64,000 nt of DNA. Origin: an uncultured delta proteobacterium. Its GTDB lineage: Bacteria > Desulfobacterota > Binatia > Binatales > Binataceae. Shown here piece by piece: positions 39,699 to 49,907 of the stretch (position 1 is the stretch's first letter; each line of letters opens with the position of its first letter). The notes beneath the pieces are model-generated. The model was not told where the DNA came from. It did not search any database and worked only from the letters and a program-made list of their open reading frames with translations. Where the stretch lies: NCBI GenBank assembly GCA_963808235.1, contig CAWEEQ010000001.1:192001-256000 (forward strand), written 5' to 3'. Both the position numbers and the translations under genes were made by a program.

Positions 39699-40352
39699 AT
39701 GTCGTCCTTGCAGGATGAGCGGAGTGCTGAGACGCGGCGGCGGTTGTTGGACGCGACTGTTGCGTGCCTTTTCGAGCGTGGATATGCGGGCACGACGACC
39801 ACGGAAATAGCGAGTCGCGCGAACGTCTCGCGCGGCGCGCAGTTGCATCATTTTCCCAAGAAAGAAGAACTCGTGGTGAGCGCGCTGGAGCATGTGTTCG
39901 AACTTCGGCTGCGCGAAATGAGCGCGGCAGTGGCGGAGCCGCCGTCGGGAAGCCGGGCGCATCGGATTGCCGTGCTGATCGACGCGATGTGGCCGGGGTT
40001 CAAGGGGCCGACATTCTATGCGTGGCTGGAACTGGTGGTGGCGGCGCGCACCGATCCGGCGCTCAACGACGCGGTGCGTGCGGCGAGTATCCGATTTGGC
40101 GAGGGATTTCGCGCGGGCATAAGCGCGCTGCTCGATTGGCCCGTGGGTCATCAAGACAAACTAAGTGATTTGATCAGTATCGTATTCGGACAGCTCGAAG
40201 CGCTGGCGATCGATCGGGTGCTGTCCGCGCCGGGGGAGATTGATCCGCCGGAGTTTGTGCGCGGATTGGAGACGGTGAAGCGCGTGAGTATCGCGATGGT
40301 AAGGGAGATTGAGGGGGCGGGTTCTGAGCAGAGAAGGAATTTGGAATTTTGA
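39699..40352 (+). CDS. TetR/AcrR-family transcriptional regulator
   Basis: TRRRLLDAT...GYAGTTT.EIA.RA.VSRGAQLHHFP.K.EL HTH; WLEL.VAARTDP. Confidence 0.95.
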   Translation: MSSLQDERSAETRRRLLDATVACLFERGYAGTTTTEIASRANVSRGAQLHHFPKKEELVVSALEHVFELRLREMSAAVAEPPSGSRAHRIAVLIDAMWPGFKGPTFYAWLELVVAARTDPALNDAVRAASIRFGEGFRAGISALLDWPVGHQDKLSDLISIVFGQLEALAIDRVLSAPGEIDPPEFVRGLETVKRVSIAMVREIEGAGSEQRRNLEF

Positions 40353-40406
40353 CCCTCACCCGCCGCTCGAGGACGAGCGTCGGCCTCTCCCTGTCCGGGA
40401 GAGGCC
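40336..40406 (+). repeat. Dispersed palindromic repeat, copy 1 (BoxC/REP-like)
   Basis: GGAATTTGGA...GACCCTCACCCG-hairpin-CGGCCTCTCCC-loop-GGGAGAGGC. Confidence 0.8.
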
Positions 40407-40417
40407 AGGAGTTGATC

Positions 40418-41635
40418 ATGGGCGAAGCGATAACAGGTCAGACGGCATCGGAAATTTATTTTAATCCGTGGGATGAGAACTTTCGGGCCAATCCGTATCC
40501 GCATTACCGGGCGCTGCTTTCGGGGGCGCCACGGGTTTTGGATATGGGATTTAAATTTGCGCTCGCGGCTCGTTACGCGGACGTGCGGGCGGTGCTGATG
40601 GATCATGCGACGTTCTCGAGCGTGCTGCCGGTTGGGGCGGGGTTCGACGAGCAGCGGAAAGCGTTCGGCGATGCGCCGTCGATGCTGGGCTCCGATCCGC
40701 CGACCCAGACGCGGCTGCGTCGACTGGTCTCGCGCGATTTCACGCCGCGGCGAATCCGCGAGCTGGAACCGCGTATCCGGCAGATCGCGAAAGACCTGCT
40801 CGACAAGGTTGCGGTCAAAGGTGAATTCGACGTGATGGCGGACCTCGCCACTCCGCTGCCGGTGATGGTTATCAGCGAGTTGCTGGGCGTGCCGCCGGAG
40901 GAATACCAGCAATTCAAAAAGTGGTCGGACAAGATCGTCGAGGCGGACAATACCCTGCCGGGGATGCCGATACCTGACGAGATCATGAGGGCGTTCACCG
41001 AGTTGAAGGCATACTTTGCCGCGGAGATCATCCGGCGGCGGAAGGATCCGGGGGCCGACCTGGTGAGCGCGCTAGTCGCGGCGCACGATCAGGCTGAAGC
41101 GCTCAGCGCCGACGAGTTGCTGCAATTCGTGGTGCTGCTGCTGCTCGCGGGCAACGAGACGACGACCAATCTCGTCGGCAACGGGATGCTGGCTCTTGGG
41201 CGCAATCCCGAAGCGATGGCTGCGTTGCGCGCGAAGCCGGAGCTGATGCGCGGAGCGATCGAGGAGATGCTGCGATACGACGGGCCGGTGCAGGCGACGT
41301 TCCGGACCGCGACCAAAGACACCGTAGTCGGCGGGACTCCGATAGCGGCCGGGATGGGCGTGTTCGTGATCATCGCGGCGGCGAATCGGGACCCTGCGCA
41401 ATTCAAGGATCCGGAGCGATTCGATATTGCGCGCGCGCCGAATGATCATGTGGCGTTTGGCGAAGGGATTCATTTTTGTATCGGGGCGGGGCTTGCGCGG
41501 TTGGAAGGAGCGATCGCGATTGAGAGTGCGCTTGGAAGATTTCCGGCCTTGAAGTTGAAGAGTCCGGGGGCGGCGCTGACGTATAAGGGGTCGTATTTTT
41601 TGCGCGGATTGGCGCGGCTGGAGATGGCGGCTTAG
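40418..41635 (+). CDS. Cytochrome P450, paralog 1
   Basis: AGNETT, EEMLR (ExxR), AANRDP, FGEGIHFCIG heme Cys. Confidence 0.97.
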   Translation: MGEAITGQTASEIYFNPWDENFRANPYPHYRALLSGAPRVLDMGFKFALAARYADVRAVLMDHATFSSVLPVGAGFDEQRKAFGDAPSMLGSDPPTQTRLRRLVSRDFTPRRIRELEPRIRQIAKDLLDKVAVKGEFDVMADLATPLPVMVISELLGVPPEEYQQFKKWSDKIVEADNTLPGMPIPDEIMRAFTELKAYFAAEIIRRRKDPGADLVSALVAAHDQAEALSADELLQFVVLLLLAGNETTTNLVGNGMLALGRNPEAMAALRAKPELMRGAIEEMLRYDGPVQATFRTATKDTVVGGTPIAAGMGVFVIIAAANRDPAQFKDPERFDIARAPNDHVAFGEGIHFCIGAGLARLEGAIAIESALGRFPALKLKSPGAALTYKGSYFLRGLARLEMAA

Positions 41636-41881
41636 CGGGCGTGCCTGAAACAGGAATGGGATTCAGACCGCTGCGCGCGGGGCGGCAGGGGTGACCCCTG
41701 CACCCAGTGTCCATTCAATCGCAAAATCCCGAGGACGGTATTTTGCTCTCGGCCGCCTGAAAAGATTAACCCTTTGAAAGGATCGGCGGAATACGGCGGA
41801 GTGACATTGCTGGGCTGCATGCAGGGGCTTTGATGCGGGTACGGCGAGGGAAAACATTCCGTGGGTGTTGGAGTCTAGTGG

Positions 41882-41897
41882 TGGCATTGCGATTGCA
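41882..41897 (+). promoter_or_regulatory. Sigma54 -24/-12 promoter
   Basis: TGGCAT-TGCGA-TTGCA, a near-consensus match 100 nt upstream of the flavoenzyme ATG. Confidence 0.7.
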
Positions 41898-41996
41898 CAT
41901 TGGTGCGCGGCACATCGGACAATCGCGCCGCACAAAAGGGGAGAGGCGCGCTGGTGTGGCGCTGAGCGGAACAGATTTGTGCGGCGCAGGGACTTA

Positions 41997-43892
41997 ATGA
42001 AGAGAAGAGCATTCTTGAAGGCGATTGGGGCGGCGGCGGTGGTGCCGTTCCTGCCGTTGTCGCGGAGGGTGTTGGCGGCTGGTGCGGCGTTTCGGCGGCG
42101 GCGGCCTTCTGATGCGGGATGGCCGTCGGACGGGGCGTGGAAGAAACTCAGTGACGCGGTTGGGGGAAATTTGATTAAGGTCGATTTTCCGCTTTCGGCG
42201 TTGAAGACCGATCCGGAAGGCGATGCCGCCAAGCAGCTGCTCAAGAATATCAGGAATCCATACTTTGTCGGCGATCAGCCGGGGCTCACGGAGACGCTCG
42301 GATGGGTTGACGCATGGGCGACCAAGCCGAGTGTTTACGCGGTCGCGGCGCGAAACGTTTTGGACATCGCGGCGGCGGTGAATTTTGCACGCGAAAACGA
42401 TTTGCGACTGGTGGTCAAGGGCGGCGGTCATAGCTACCAGGGCACCTCCAACGCGCCTGACTCGCTGCTGATTTGGACCCGGCACATGAACGATATCGAG
42501 ATGCACGACAAATTCGTTGCGCAAGGTTGTGAGCATACGATGCCTCCGTGTCCGGCGGTGAGTGTGGGCGCGGGAACGATCGGGATGCAGGCGTACGACG
42601 CGGTTACAACCAAAAGCGGGAAATACGTCCAGGGCGGAGGATGCACGACGGTGTGCCTGGGCGGGCTGGTGCAAAGCGGCGGCTTCGGCAGTTTCTCGAA
42701 GCATTACGGCACCGCCGCGGGGAGTCTGCTCGAAGCCGAAGTAGTCACCGCGGACGGCCAGATTCGAATCGCGAACGCATGCACGAATCCCGACTTGTTC
42801 TGGGCGCTGAAGGGCGGCGGCGGCGGGAGCTTCGGCGTGGTGAGTAAGATGACGCTCCGTGTTCACGATCTTCCCGAGTTCGTCGGTGTCGCCATGTTCA
42901 CGATCAGAGCGGCGTCCGATGATGCCTATCGGCGCCTGATCCGCGAGTTCGTGAGCTTCTACCGGGAGCATCTCTTCAACGACCATTGGGGAGAGCAGGC
43001 CCACGTGAACCCCGACAACACGCTTGTCATCAGCATGGTCTGCCACGGGTTGGACACTGAGCAGGCGAAAAAGACCTGGCAGCCGTTTCTCGACTGGGTG
43101 GCGGGTTCGCCCCACGATTATTCGCTTGAAGGGCGGAAGGCGATCGCAAGCCTACCGGCGCGACACTTCTGGGACGTGCAATGGTGGAAAGAGCATTGGC
43201 CTGAACTCGCTTTTCCTAATCCAAACGGGAATCTGCTGATCTCGATGTTGGACTTTGGACTCCGGCACGTGGTTCCGGAGCCGGTTCTGGAATTCGACAA
43301 TCGGCCGGGCGCGGGAGCTAATAACGCGTGGTGGAAAGGTGATGGCGGCCAGGTCGCATGGTTTATATGGAGTTTCGAGTCGCTGTGGATGCCAGCGTCG
43401 CTGCTCGAGAGTGACGCGCAACAGAAACTCGCGGACGCGTTGTACGCGGCCTCGCGCCATTCCGGGTTCGAACTGCATTTCAACAAGGGACTCGGCGGCG
43501 CGCCGGCCGACGCGATCGCGAGGGCAAAAGATACCGCGACCAATCCGGCGGTGCTGACCGCGTTCGCGCTGGCGATCGCGGCCAACGCGCAAGGGCCGGC
43601 GTATCCGGGAATGCCGGGGCATGAGCCATCGGTCGCGGAAGGACGGAAAGCGGCGGAGCGGGTCGATAAATGCGTGAGCGAGTTGCGTGCAATCGTGCCG
43701 AATCCGGGCGCGTACGTGAGCGAGAGCAATTATTTCGAGAAGGGATGGCAGCAAGCGTACTGGGGGAGCAATCACGCGCGGCTGGTGGAAATCAAAAAGA
43801 AGTACGATCCGGACGGGCTCTTCGTGGTGCATAACGGAGTCGGCTCGGAAGAGTGGAGCGCGGACGGCTTCACGAAGCTTACCCGACCCTGA
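41997..43892 (+). CDS. Tat-exported FAD-linked oxidoreductase (VAO/BBE family)
   Basis: MKRRAFLK Tat motif, VKGGGHSY (His-FAD), GGCTTVCLGG, DLFWALKGGGGGSFGVV, BBE C-terminus YWG.N..RL..IKKKYDP. Confidence 0.92.
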   Translation: MKRRAFLKAIGAAAVVPFLPLSRRVLAAGAAFRRRRPSDAGWPSDGAWKKLSDAVGGNLIKVDFPLSALKTDPEGDAAKQLLKNIRNPYFVGDQPGLTETLGWVDAWATKPSVYAVAARNVLDIAAAVNFARENDLRLVVKGGGHSYQGTSNAPDSLLIWTRHMNDIEMHDKFVAQGCEHTMPPCPAVSVGAGTIGMQAYDAVTTKSGKYVQGGGCTTVCLGGLVQSGGFGSFSKHYGTAAGSLLEAEVVTADGQIRIANACTNPDLFWALKGGGGGSFGVVSKMTLRVHDLPEFVGVAMFTIRAASDDAYRRLIREFVSFYREHLFNDHWGEQAHVNPDNTLVISMVCHGLDTEQAKKTWQPFLDWVAGSPHDYSLEGRKAIASLPARHFWDVQWWKEHWPELAFPNPNGNLLISMLDFGLRHVVPEPVLEFDNRPGAGANNAWWKGDGGQVAWFIWSFESLWMPASLLESDAQQKLADALYAASRHSGFELHFNKGLGGAPADAIARAKDTATNPAVLTAFALAIAANAQGPAYPGMPGHEPSVAEGRKAAERVDKCVSELRAIVPNPGAYVSESNYFEKGWQQAYWGSNHARLVEIKKKYDPDGLFVVHNGVGSEEWSADGFTKLTRP

Positions 43893-43911
43893 CCCCTTCC
43901 CTCGAGGGAAG
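43885..43911 (+). repeat. Short or degenerate copy of the palindromic repeat
   Basis: GACCCTGACCC-CTTCCC-tcga-GGGAAG. Confidence 0.5.
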
Positions 43912-43955
43912 CGAACAAGAGTGGAGAGCAGCGACTTGAAAGGGAAGTTTTCATC

Positions 43956-45161
43956 ATGAATCAGGCGGCTGAGAATATTTATTTTAATCCGTGGGATCTG
44001 GCGTTTCGGGCTGATCCTTATCCTTATTACAAGCCGTTGCTGGCGGGGGCGCCGCGGGTTTTGGATTTGTTCGGGCCAGTAGGGTTGGTCACCCGTTATG
44101 CGGACGTCACGACCGTGCTGCGCGACCATGCGCACTTTTCCAGCGTGCGGCCGCGCGATCCCAACGAGGCTCCGAACGAGGGACCGTTTGCGGGAGCGCG
44201 GACGATGCTCTTTTCCGATCCGCCGATGCATACGCGGCTGCGCCGGCTGGTCTCGCGCGATTTCACGCCGCGGAGAATCCGCGAGATGGAGCCGCGGATT
44301 CGAACGATCGCGCGCGAGCTTACCGAGGCGGCGGCGCGAAGGGGCGAGCTCGAGGTGATGACGGGAATTGCGAACCCGCTGCCGGTGATGGTGATCGCGG
44401 AGATGCTCGGCGTTCCGCCGGACCATTATGAGCGCTTCAAGCATTGGTCGGACACGGTGGTCTCGGGCGACAACACGTTGCCGGGGACTCCGCTGCCGGA
44501 GGAGTTTCATACTGCGACGCGCGCGCTGAGAAATTATTTTGCCGAAGAGATCGAGGCGCGGCGCAAGAGTCCAGGCGCCGATTTGGTTAGCGCGCTGGTC
44601 GCGGCGCACGACGATGCGGAAGCGATGACTGCCGACGAGCTGCTTGCCTTCGTGCTTCTTTTGCTGCTCGCGGGCAACGAGACGACCACCAATTTGATCG
44701 GCAACGGGATGCTCGCGCTGGCGCGGAATCCCGAGCAGCTCGAGAGGCTTCGGAAAACGCCGGAGCTGATGCCGCGCGCGATCGAGGAGATCCTGCGCTA
44801 CGACGGGCCGGTGCAATCGACGATTCGGTTCACGAAGGAAGAGATCAATCTCGGCGGGACGGCGCTGCCGGCCGGGCTGGGATGCTTCACGATTCTTGCG
44901 GCGGCGAATCGCGATCCGGCGCAGTTCGAGAATCCCGATCGTTTCGACATCATGCGCGAGCCTCGCGATCATGTTGCGCTCGGCGAGGGGATACATTTTT
45001 GTATCGGGGCGCCGCTGGCGCGGATGGAGGGAGCGATCGCGATTGGCGCGATGCTGGAGAGGTTTCCGCGGTTGAGGATTAAAGATCCGAATGCGGGAGT
45101 GATCTACAAAGGGTCTTATTTTCTTCGCGGGCTGAACGCACTTAATATGGCGATCGATTGA
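43956..45161 (+). CDS. Cytochrome P450, paralog 2
   Basis: AGNETT, EEILR, LGEGIHFCIG. Confidence 0.97.
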   Translation: MNQAAENIYFNPWDLAFRADPYPYYKPLLAGAPRVLDLFGPVGLVTRYADVTTVLRDHAHFSSVRPRDPNEAPNEGPFAGARTMLFSDPPMHTRLRRLVSRDFTPRRIREMEPRIRTIARELTEAAARRGELEVMTGIANPLPVMVIAEMLGVPPDHYERFKHWSDTVVSGDNTLPGTPLPEEFHTATRALRNYFAEEIEARRKSPGADLVSALVAAHDDAEAMTADELLAFVLLLLLAGNETTTNLIGNGMLALARNPEQLERLRKTPELMPRAIEEILRYDGPVQSTIRFTKEEINLGGTALPAGLGCFTILAAANRDPAQFENPDRFDIMREPRDHVALGEGIHFCIGAPLARMEGAIAIGAMLERFPRLRIKDPNAGVIYKGSYFLRGLNALNMAID

Positions 45162-45178
45162 GCATTAAAGGGGCGAGC

Positions 45179-46378
45179 ATGGCCGAAGAAATCGTTTTCA
45201 ATCCTTGGGACCCGGAATTTCGGGCTAACCCGTATCCGCACTATGGTGCGCTGCTCTCGGGGCCGCCGCGGGTTATGTCGTTTGGAGCGATGCCGGGCGC
45301 GATTGTGGCTCGCTATGCAGATGTGACTGCGGCGCTTTCCGATTACCAGCACTTCTCAAACGTTCCGCCGGCTCCGCCTGAGAACGCCTACAAGGGACCC
45401 TTCTATCCGTCGCGTGACTTGCTCGGGCAAGATCCACCGGAGCACAGCCGGCTGCGGCGGCTCATCAGCCGCGACTTCACGCCCAAGCGCATCCGCGAGC
45501 TGGAGCCCCGCATCCGCGAAATCGCAGGAAATATCTTCGCGCGCGCGAGCGAACACGGAGAGTTTGATGTCATGAGGGACCTTGCCAATGTCCTGCCAGT
45601 GATGGTGATAGCGGAGATGCTTGGAGTCCCACCAGAGAAATACGCGATGTTCAAGGACTGGTCCGATCGGGTTATCGAAGGCGGCAACCAATTTCCAGGC
45701 GCGACCGCGCCGGCGCCAGAAGTGATCGAAGCGATCGAATCGCTGGCGAAATATTTCCGGGAGGAAGTCGCGCGACGACGCAAGCATCCGGGACCGGACC
45801 TGGTCAGCGCGCTGGTCGCCGCGCGTGACCAAGCCGATGCGCTGAGCGAGGTCGCTTTGGTTCAGTTCGTCGTGCTGCTCCTGCTGGCGGGAAATGAGAC
45901 CACCACCAATCTCATCGGTAATGGGACGCTGGCCCTGATGCGACATCCCGAGCAGCTTGCGCTGCTTCGGCGCGAACCGTCAGCGCTGTCGCGCGCGATC
46001 GAGGAGATGCTCCGTTACGATCCGCCGGTTCAGGCGAGCGGCCGATTCACGACTGCGAGCGTCAGCCTCGGCGGGGCACAGATTCCCGCCGGCGCGCTCG
46101 CCGTCATGGTCTTAGCGGCGGCGAATCGCGACCCGGCGCAATTCAAGGATCCGGAGAAGTTCGACATCGCGCGCGATCCCAACGATCACGTGGCATTCGG
46201 CGAGGGGATACATTTTTGCATCGGCGCACCGCTCGCGCGGATGGAGGCGAGGATCTCGTTCGAGGCGATGCTGGAGCGGTTTCCGCGGCTCTCGTTGAAA
46301 GATCCGGCGATCAAGCCGAAATACAAAGGCTCGTACTTTCTGCGCGGGCTCGAATCGCTGCCGCTGACAATCGAGTAG
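45179..46378 (+). CDS. Cytochrome P450, paralog 3
   Basis: AGNETT, EEMLR, FGEGIHFCIG. Confidence 0.97.
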   Translation: MAEEIVFNPWDPEFRANPYPHYGALLSGPPRVMSFGAMPGAIVARYADVTAALSDYQHFSNVPPAPPENAYKGPFYPSRDLLGQDPPEHSRLRRLISRDFTPKRIRELEPRIREIAGNIFARASEHGEFDVMRDLANVLPVMVIAEMLGVPPEKYAMFKDWSDRVIEGGNQFPGATAPAPEVIEAIESLAKYFREEVARRRKHPGPDLVSALVAARDQADALSEVALVQFVVLLLLAGNETTTNLIGNGTLALMRHPEQLALLRREPSALSRAIEEMLRYDPPVQASGRFTTASVSLGGAQIPAGALAVMVLAAANRDPAQFKDPEKFDIARDPNDHVAFGEGIHFCIGAPLARMEARISFEAMLERFPRLSLKDPAIKPKYKGSYFLRGLESLPLTIE

Positions 46379-47707
46379 ATGATGATGGATCCCGCAGTCG
46401 CACCGGATTTGAAACCCGAGACCGAGCTCGAAATCGAGGAAGGGCGCAAGAGTATCCATCTTGGGCTGCTCGGGCGGACGCCGCCGTTCACCAAGCGACA
46501 GCGGCGGGTGTTCTGGATTGCGTCGACGGCGGGATTTTTCGATCAATACGATCGGGCGCTGCTAGGTCTCGCGCTGAAACAGATCCAGAACGGGCTCAAA
46601 ATTGCAGAGTCGCATCTTGGCGCGATGCTCTCGATCATGCGGCTCGGCTACCTGTTGTCGATGCTGATGACACCGTTCGCGGACGTGTTCGGGCGCCGGC
46701 GCCTGCTGCTCTACACGATAATCGGCTACACGATTTTCACCGGGCTAATCGCGATCGCGCCGGGAGAGAGGACGTTCGTCGCGTTCGAGATGATTGCGCG
46801 CGCGTTCGCGGGCGCGGAAGCGGCGATCGCGATGGTGATAGTGGCGGAGGAAGTCGACGCGGCGAATCGCGGTTGGGCGATCGGGCTGCTGGGCGCGGTA
46901 TCGAATACCGGATACGGACTCGCGGCGGTCGTGTTTGCATTCGTAAACGTGATTCCTTACGGATGGCGCGGGTTGTACGCGATCGCGCTGGTGCCGCTGG
47001 TGTTGCTCATTCCGCTGCGCCGAGTGCTGCCGGAGAGCGCGCGGTTCGAGAAGGAGAAGCTCGAAGGGCTGCGGCCGGTGAAAATCTGGGAGCCGGTTGC
47101 GCAATTGTACAGCGCCTATCCGGGGCGGCTGATGATGATGTTGTCGGTTTCGTTTCTGGGCTCGATGGGCGGCAACGCGGCGGGAATTCTATTTTCAAAG
47201 TTTCTGCAGGAGGCGCATCACTGGTCGCCGGGCAGGGTGTCGTCGCTCTATATATTTGGCGGCGCGATCGGAATTTTAGGATCGATCGTGGCGGGGCGGC
47301 TGAGCGATCGATACGGGCGGCGCACGATGTGCATGGTGTTCATGTTCTTCGCGCCGGCGTTGACAATCTGGATATACACAGCGCCGGGCTGGTCGATCGT
47401 GCCGGCGTGGATACTGGAACTGTTTTGCGACGTCGCGTCGGGCACGATCCTGGGTGCCTACAGCGCTGAATTGTTTCCGACCTCGTATCGATCGACGGCG
47501 GGGAGCGCGCTGGCGGTCGCAGGCACGACGGGCGGTGCGCTTGGATTGTTCTTAGAGGGCAAGCTCTACGATCTCACCGGCTCGCACGCGCGTGCGATCT
47601 GCTACCTGACGGTGTTCTGGATAATCGCGCCGGCGATCATGTGGTTCTTTCCGGAGACGTCGGGACGCGAGCTGGAAGAGATCTCGCCGGAAGCGAACGC
47701 GAGCTGA
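46379..47707 (+). CDS. MFS transporter (aromatic acid / SV2-like)
   Basis: About 12 TM segments, FFDQYD, ADVFGRR, SDRYGRR, ELFPT..R.T, PETSGRELEEI. Confidence 0.92.
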   Translation: MMMDPAVAPDLKPETELEIEEGRKSIHLGLLGRTPPFTKRQRRVFWIASTAGFFDQYDRALLGLALKQIQNGLKIAESHLGAMLSIMRLGYLLSMLMTPFADVFGRRRLLLYTIIGYTIFTGLIAIAPGERTFVAFEMIARAFAGAEAAIAMVIVAEEVDAANRGWAIGLLGAVSNTGYGLAAVVFAFVNVIPYGWRGLYAIALVPLVLLIPLRRVLPESARFEKEKLEGLRPVKIWEPVAQLYSAYPGRLMMMLSVSFLGSMGGNAAGILFSKFLQEAHHWSPGRVSSLYIFGGAIGILGSIVAGRLSDRYGRRTMCMVFMFFAPALTIWIYTAPGWSIVPAWILELFCDVASGTILGAYSAELFPTSYRSTAGSALAVAGTTGGALGLFLEGKLYDLTGSHARAICYLTVFWIIAPAIMWFFPETSGRELEEISPEANAS

Positions 47708-47761
47708 TTTCCTCAGGGCGCATCGACGCGCTAGATTTGCGTTTCGAGGTCGGAAGACAGA

Positions 47762-48232
47762 TTGCATCCACGATTGCGCCGTCTAAACGCATCACTCGCG
47801 CTGTCCGTCCTGATGCTCGTGCTGCTCGGATGCGCACGAGGTCCGTGCGTTACGATCGTCTCCCCGGATGGCGATGCGCGCGCGACGGTTGCGGTCGAAG
47901 TGGCGGACACGTTCGCGCAGCGGCAGCATGGGCTGATGTTTCGCAATCACCTGGATGAGAATGCGGGGATGATCTTTGTTTTTCCGGATTCGGCGCCGCG
48001 GAATTTCTGGATGCACAATACCAAGATTCCGCTCGATATGATTTTCGTGAACTCGTCGTTCCGGGTGATCGGAATCGTGGCAAATGCGCAGCCGGAGACC
48101 GATACGCTGCGCGGAGTCGATGGTGCGTCGCAGTACGTGCTGGAAGTAAGCGGCGGATTTTGCGCAAAAAATGGAATCAGGGCCGGCGATCGATTCGATT
48201 TTTCAAACTTTTATCCGCACGCTTCGGAATAA
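47762..48232 (+). CDS. DUF192 protein, probable lipoprotein
   Basis: VEVADT..R..GLMFR, GMIFVF, FWMHNT.IPLD, YVLEV; LLGC lipobox. Confidence 0.9.
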   Translation: MHPRLRRLNASLALSVLMLVLLGCARGPCVTIVSPDGDARATVAVEVADTFAQRQHGLMFRNHLDENAGMIFVFPDSAPRNFWMHNTKIPLDMIFVNSSFRVIGIVANAQPETDTLRGVDGASQYVLEVSGGFCAKNGIRAGDRFDFSNFYPHASE

Positions 48233-48309
48233 GGCGTGCGCTTTAACCGGTCGGCGACATGGGGTATCTATCTTTCCGGTGGCGCTTGCCGGTGGCGCAG
48301 TTGTGACTA

Positions 48310-49845
48310 ATGGGCCTTAAAGAAAATATCGAACAATTAAGTCGGCTCGCACGTGAAGCGGAAGCCGCGGGCGGCGAAGAGCGGCTCAAGAAGCAGCATG
48401 CGCAGGGACGGATGACTGCGCGCGAGCGGGTGGAATTTTTGCTCGACCGCGGATCGTTCGTCGAGATCGACAAGTTCAAGACGCATCGAATAACCGACTT
48501 CGACATGGCGGAGAGAAAAATTCCCGGCGACGGCGTGGTCACGGGATACGGCACGATCGACGGGCGGCGGGTGTGTATCTTCAGCCACGACTTCACGGTG
48601 TTCGGCGGGAGCCTGTCGGGGGCGTTCGCGGAGAAGGTCTGCAAGGTGATGGACCTCGCGGCGAAGACGGGATGCCCGGTCGTCGGCCTCAATGACGGCA
48701 GCGGTGCGCGAATCCAGGAGGGCGTGGTCTCGCTCGCGGGGTACGCGGATATTTTTCTGCGCAACGTGATGTCGTCAGGGGTTGTGCCGCAAATTTCCGC
48801 GATCATGGGACCGTGCGCGGGCGGCGCGGTGTATTCACCGGCGATGACGGACTTTATCGTGATGGTGCGCGATACCTCATACATGTTTATCACCGGGCCC
48901 GACGTGATCAGGGCGACGACGCATGAAGAGGTGACGATGCAGGAACTCGGCGGCGCCGATACGCATAGCCAGAAATCGGGAGTGTGCCATCTGGAGGTCG
49001 ACGACGATCAGGGTGCACTCGCGATGATTCGCGAGCTGCTTTCGTACATGCCGTCTAATAATGTTGAAGACCCGCCGTTCGTGACGAGCGGTGACGATCC
49101 CGCGCGCGCGGACGCGGAGCTCGACACGATCGTTCCCGAGAATCCCAACAAAGCTTACGACATGGGCGAGATCATCCGGCGCGTGGTCGATGACGGGCAT
49201 TTTCTGGAAGTGCAAAAGGACTACGCGCACAACATGTTGATCGGGTTTGCACGCTTGGGCGGCTACTCGGTTGGAGTGGTCGCGAATCAGCCGGCGTTTC
49301 TGGCGGGATGCCTCGATATCGATTCGTCGGTGAAAGCCGCGCGATTCGTGCGCTTCTGCGACGCGTTCAATATCCCGATTGTCACGTTCGTCGACGTGCC
49401 CGGATTCCTGCCCGGCACCGTGCAGGAGTTCGCCGGAATTATCAGGCATGGCGCGAAGCTGCTCTACGCGTTCTGCGAGGCGACGGTGCCAAAGGTCACG
49501 GTGATCACGCGCAAGGCATACGGCGGTGCGTACGACGTCATGTCGTCGAAGCATATTCGCGGCGATTTCAACTTCGCGTATCCGAGCGCGGAGATCGCGG
49601 TGATGGGTCCGGAGCAGGCGATCAATATTCTGTACCGAAACGAGCTGAAGACCGGGGAACGCGCGCAACTGGTCGAGGACTATCGCAGGAAGTTTGCGAA
49701 TCCGTTCAAGGCGGCAGAGCTTGGCTATATAGACGAAGTGATCATGCCGCGCGACACGCGGTCGAAGGTAATCTCGGCGCTCAAGGCGCTCGAGAATAAA
49801 CGTGACAAGAATCCGGCGCGCAAGCACGGCAATATTCCACTTTAG
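48310..49845 (+). CDS. pccB: Acyl-CoA (propionyl-CoA) carboxylase carboxyltransferase subunit
   Basis: [56 protein letters not shown]. Confidence 0.93.
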   Translation: MGLKENIEQLSRLAREAEAAGGEERLKKQHAQGRMTARERVEFLLDRGSFVEIDKFKTHRITDFDMAERKIPGDGVVTGYGTIDGRRVCIFSHDFTVFGGSLSGAFAEKVCKVMDLAAKTGCPVVGLNDGSGARIQEGVVSLAGYADIFLRNVMSSGVVPQISAIMGPCAGGAVYSPAMTDFIVMVRDTSYMFITGPDVIRATTHEEVTMQELGGADTHSQKSGVCHLEVDDDQGALAMIRELLSYMPSNNVEDPPFVTSGDDPARADAELDTIVPENPNKAYDMGEIIRRVVDDGHFLEVQKDYAHNMLIGFARLGGYSVGVVANQPAFLAGCLDIDSSVKAARFVRFCDAFNIPIVTFVDVPGFLPGTVQEFAGIIRHGAKLLYAFCEATVPKVTVITRKAYGGAYDVMSSKHIRGDFNFAYPSAEIAVMGPEQAINILYRNELKTGERAQLVEDYRRKFANPFKAAELGYIDEVIMPRDTRSKVISALKALENKRDKNPARKHGNIPL

Positions 49846-49907
49846 GCGGCGTCGATCCGGCCACGGCGCGATTAGCTCGCGCCGAACGGATTCAGTATAA
49901 AAGATTG

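Noticed and set aside
43152-44996. 614-aa antisense ORF (and similar ones at 13260-14183, 37428-38372, 41994-43115, 48877-49827, 52113-53051)
   Set aside because: Typical high-GC antisense shadows with no motifs, opposite well-supported genes.
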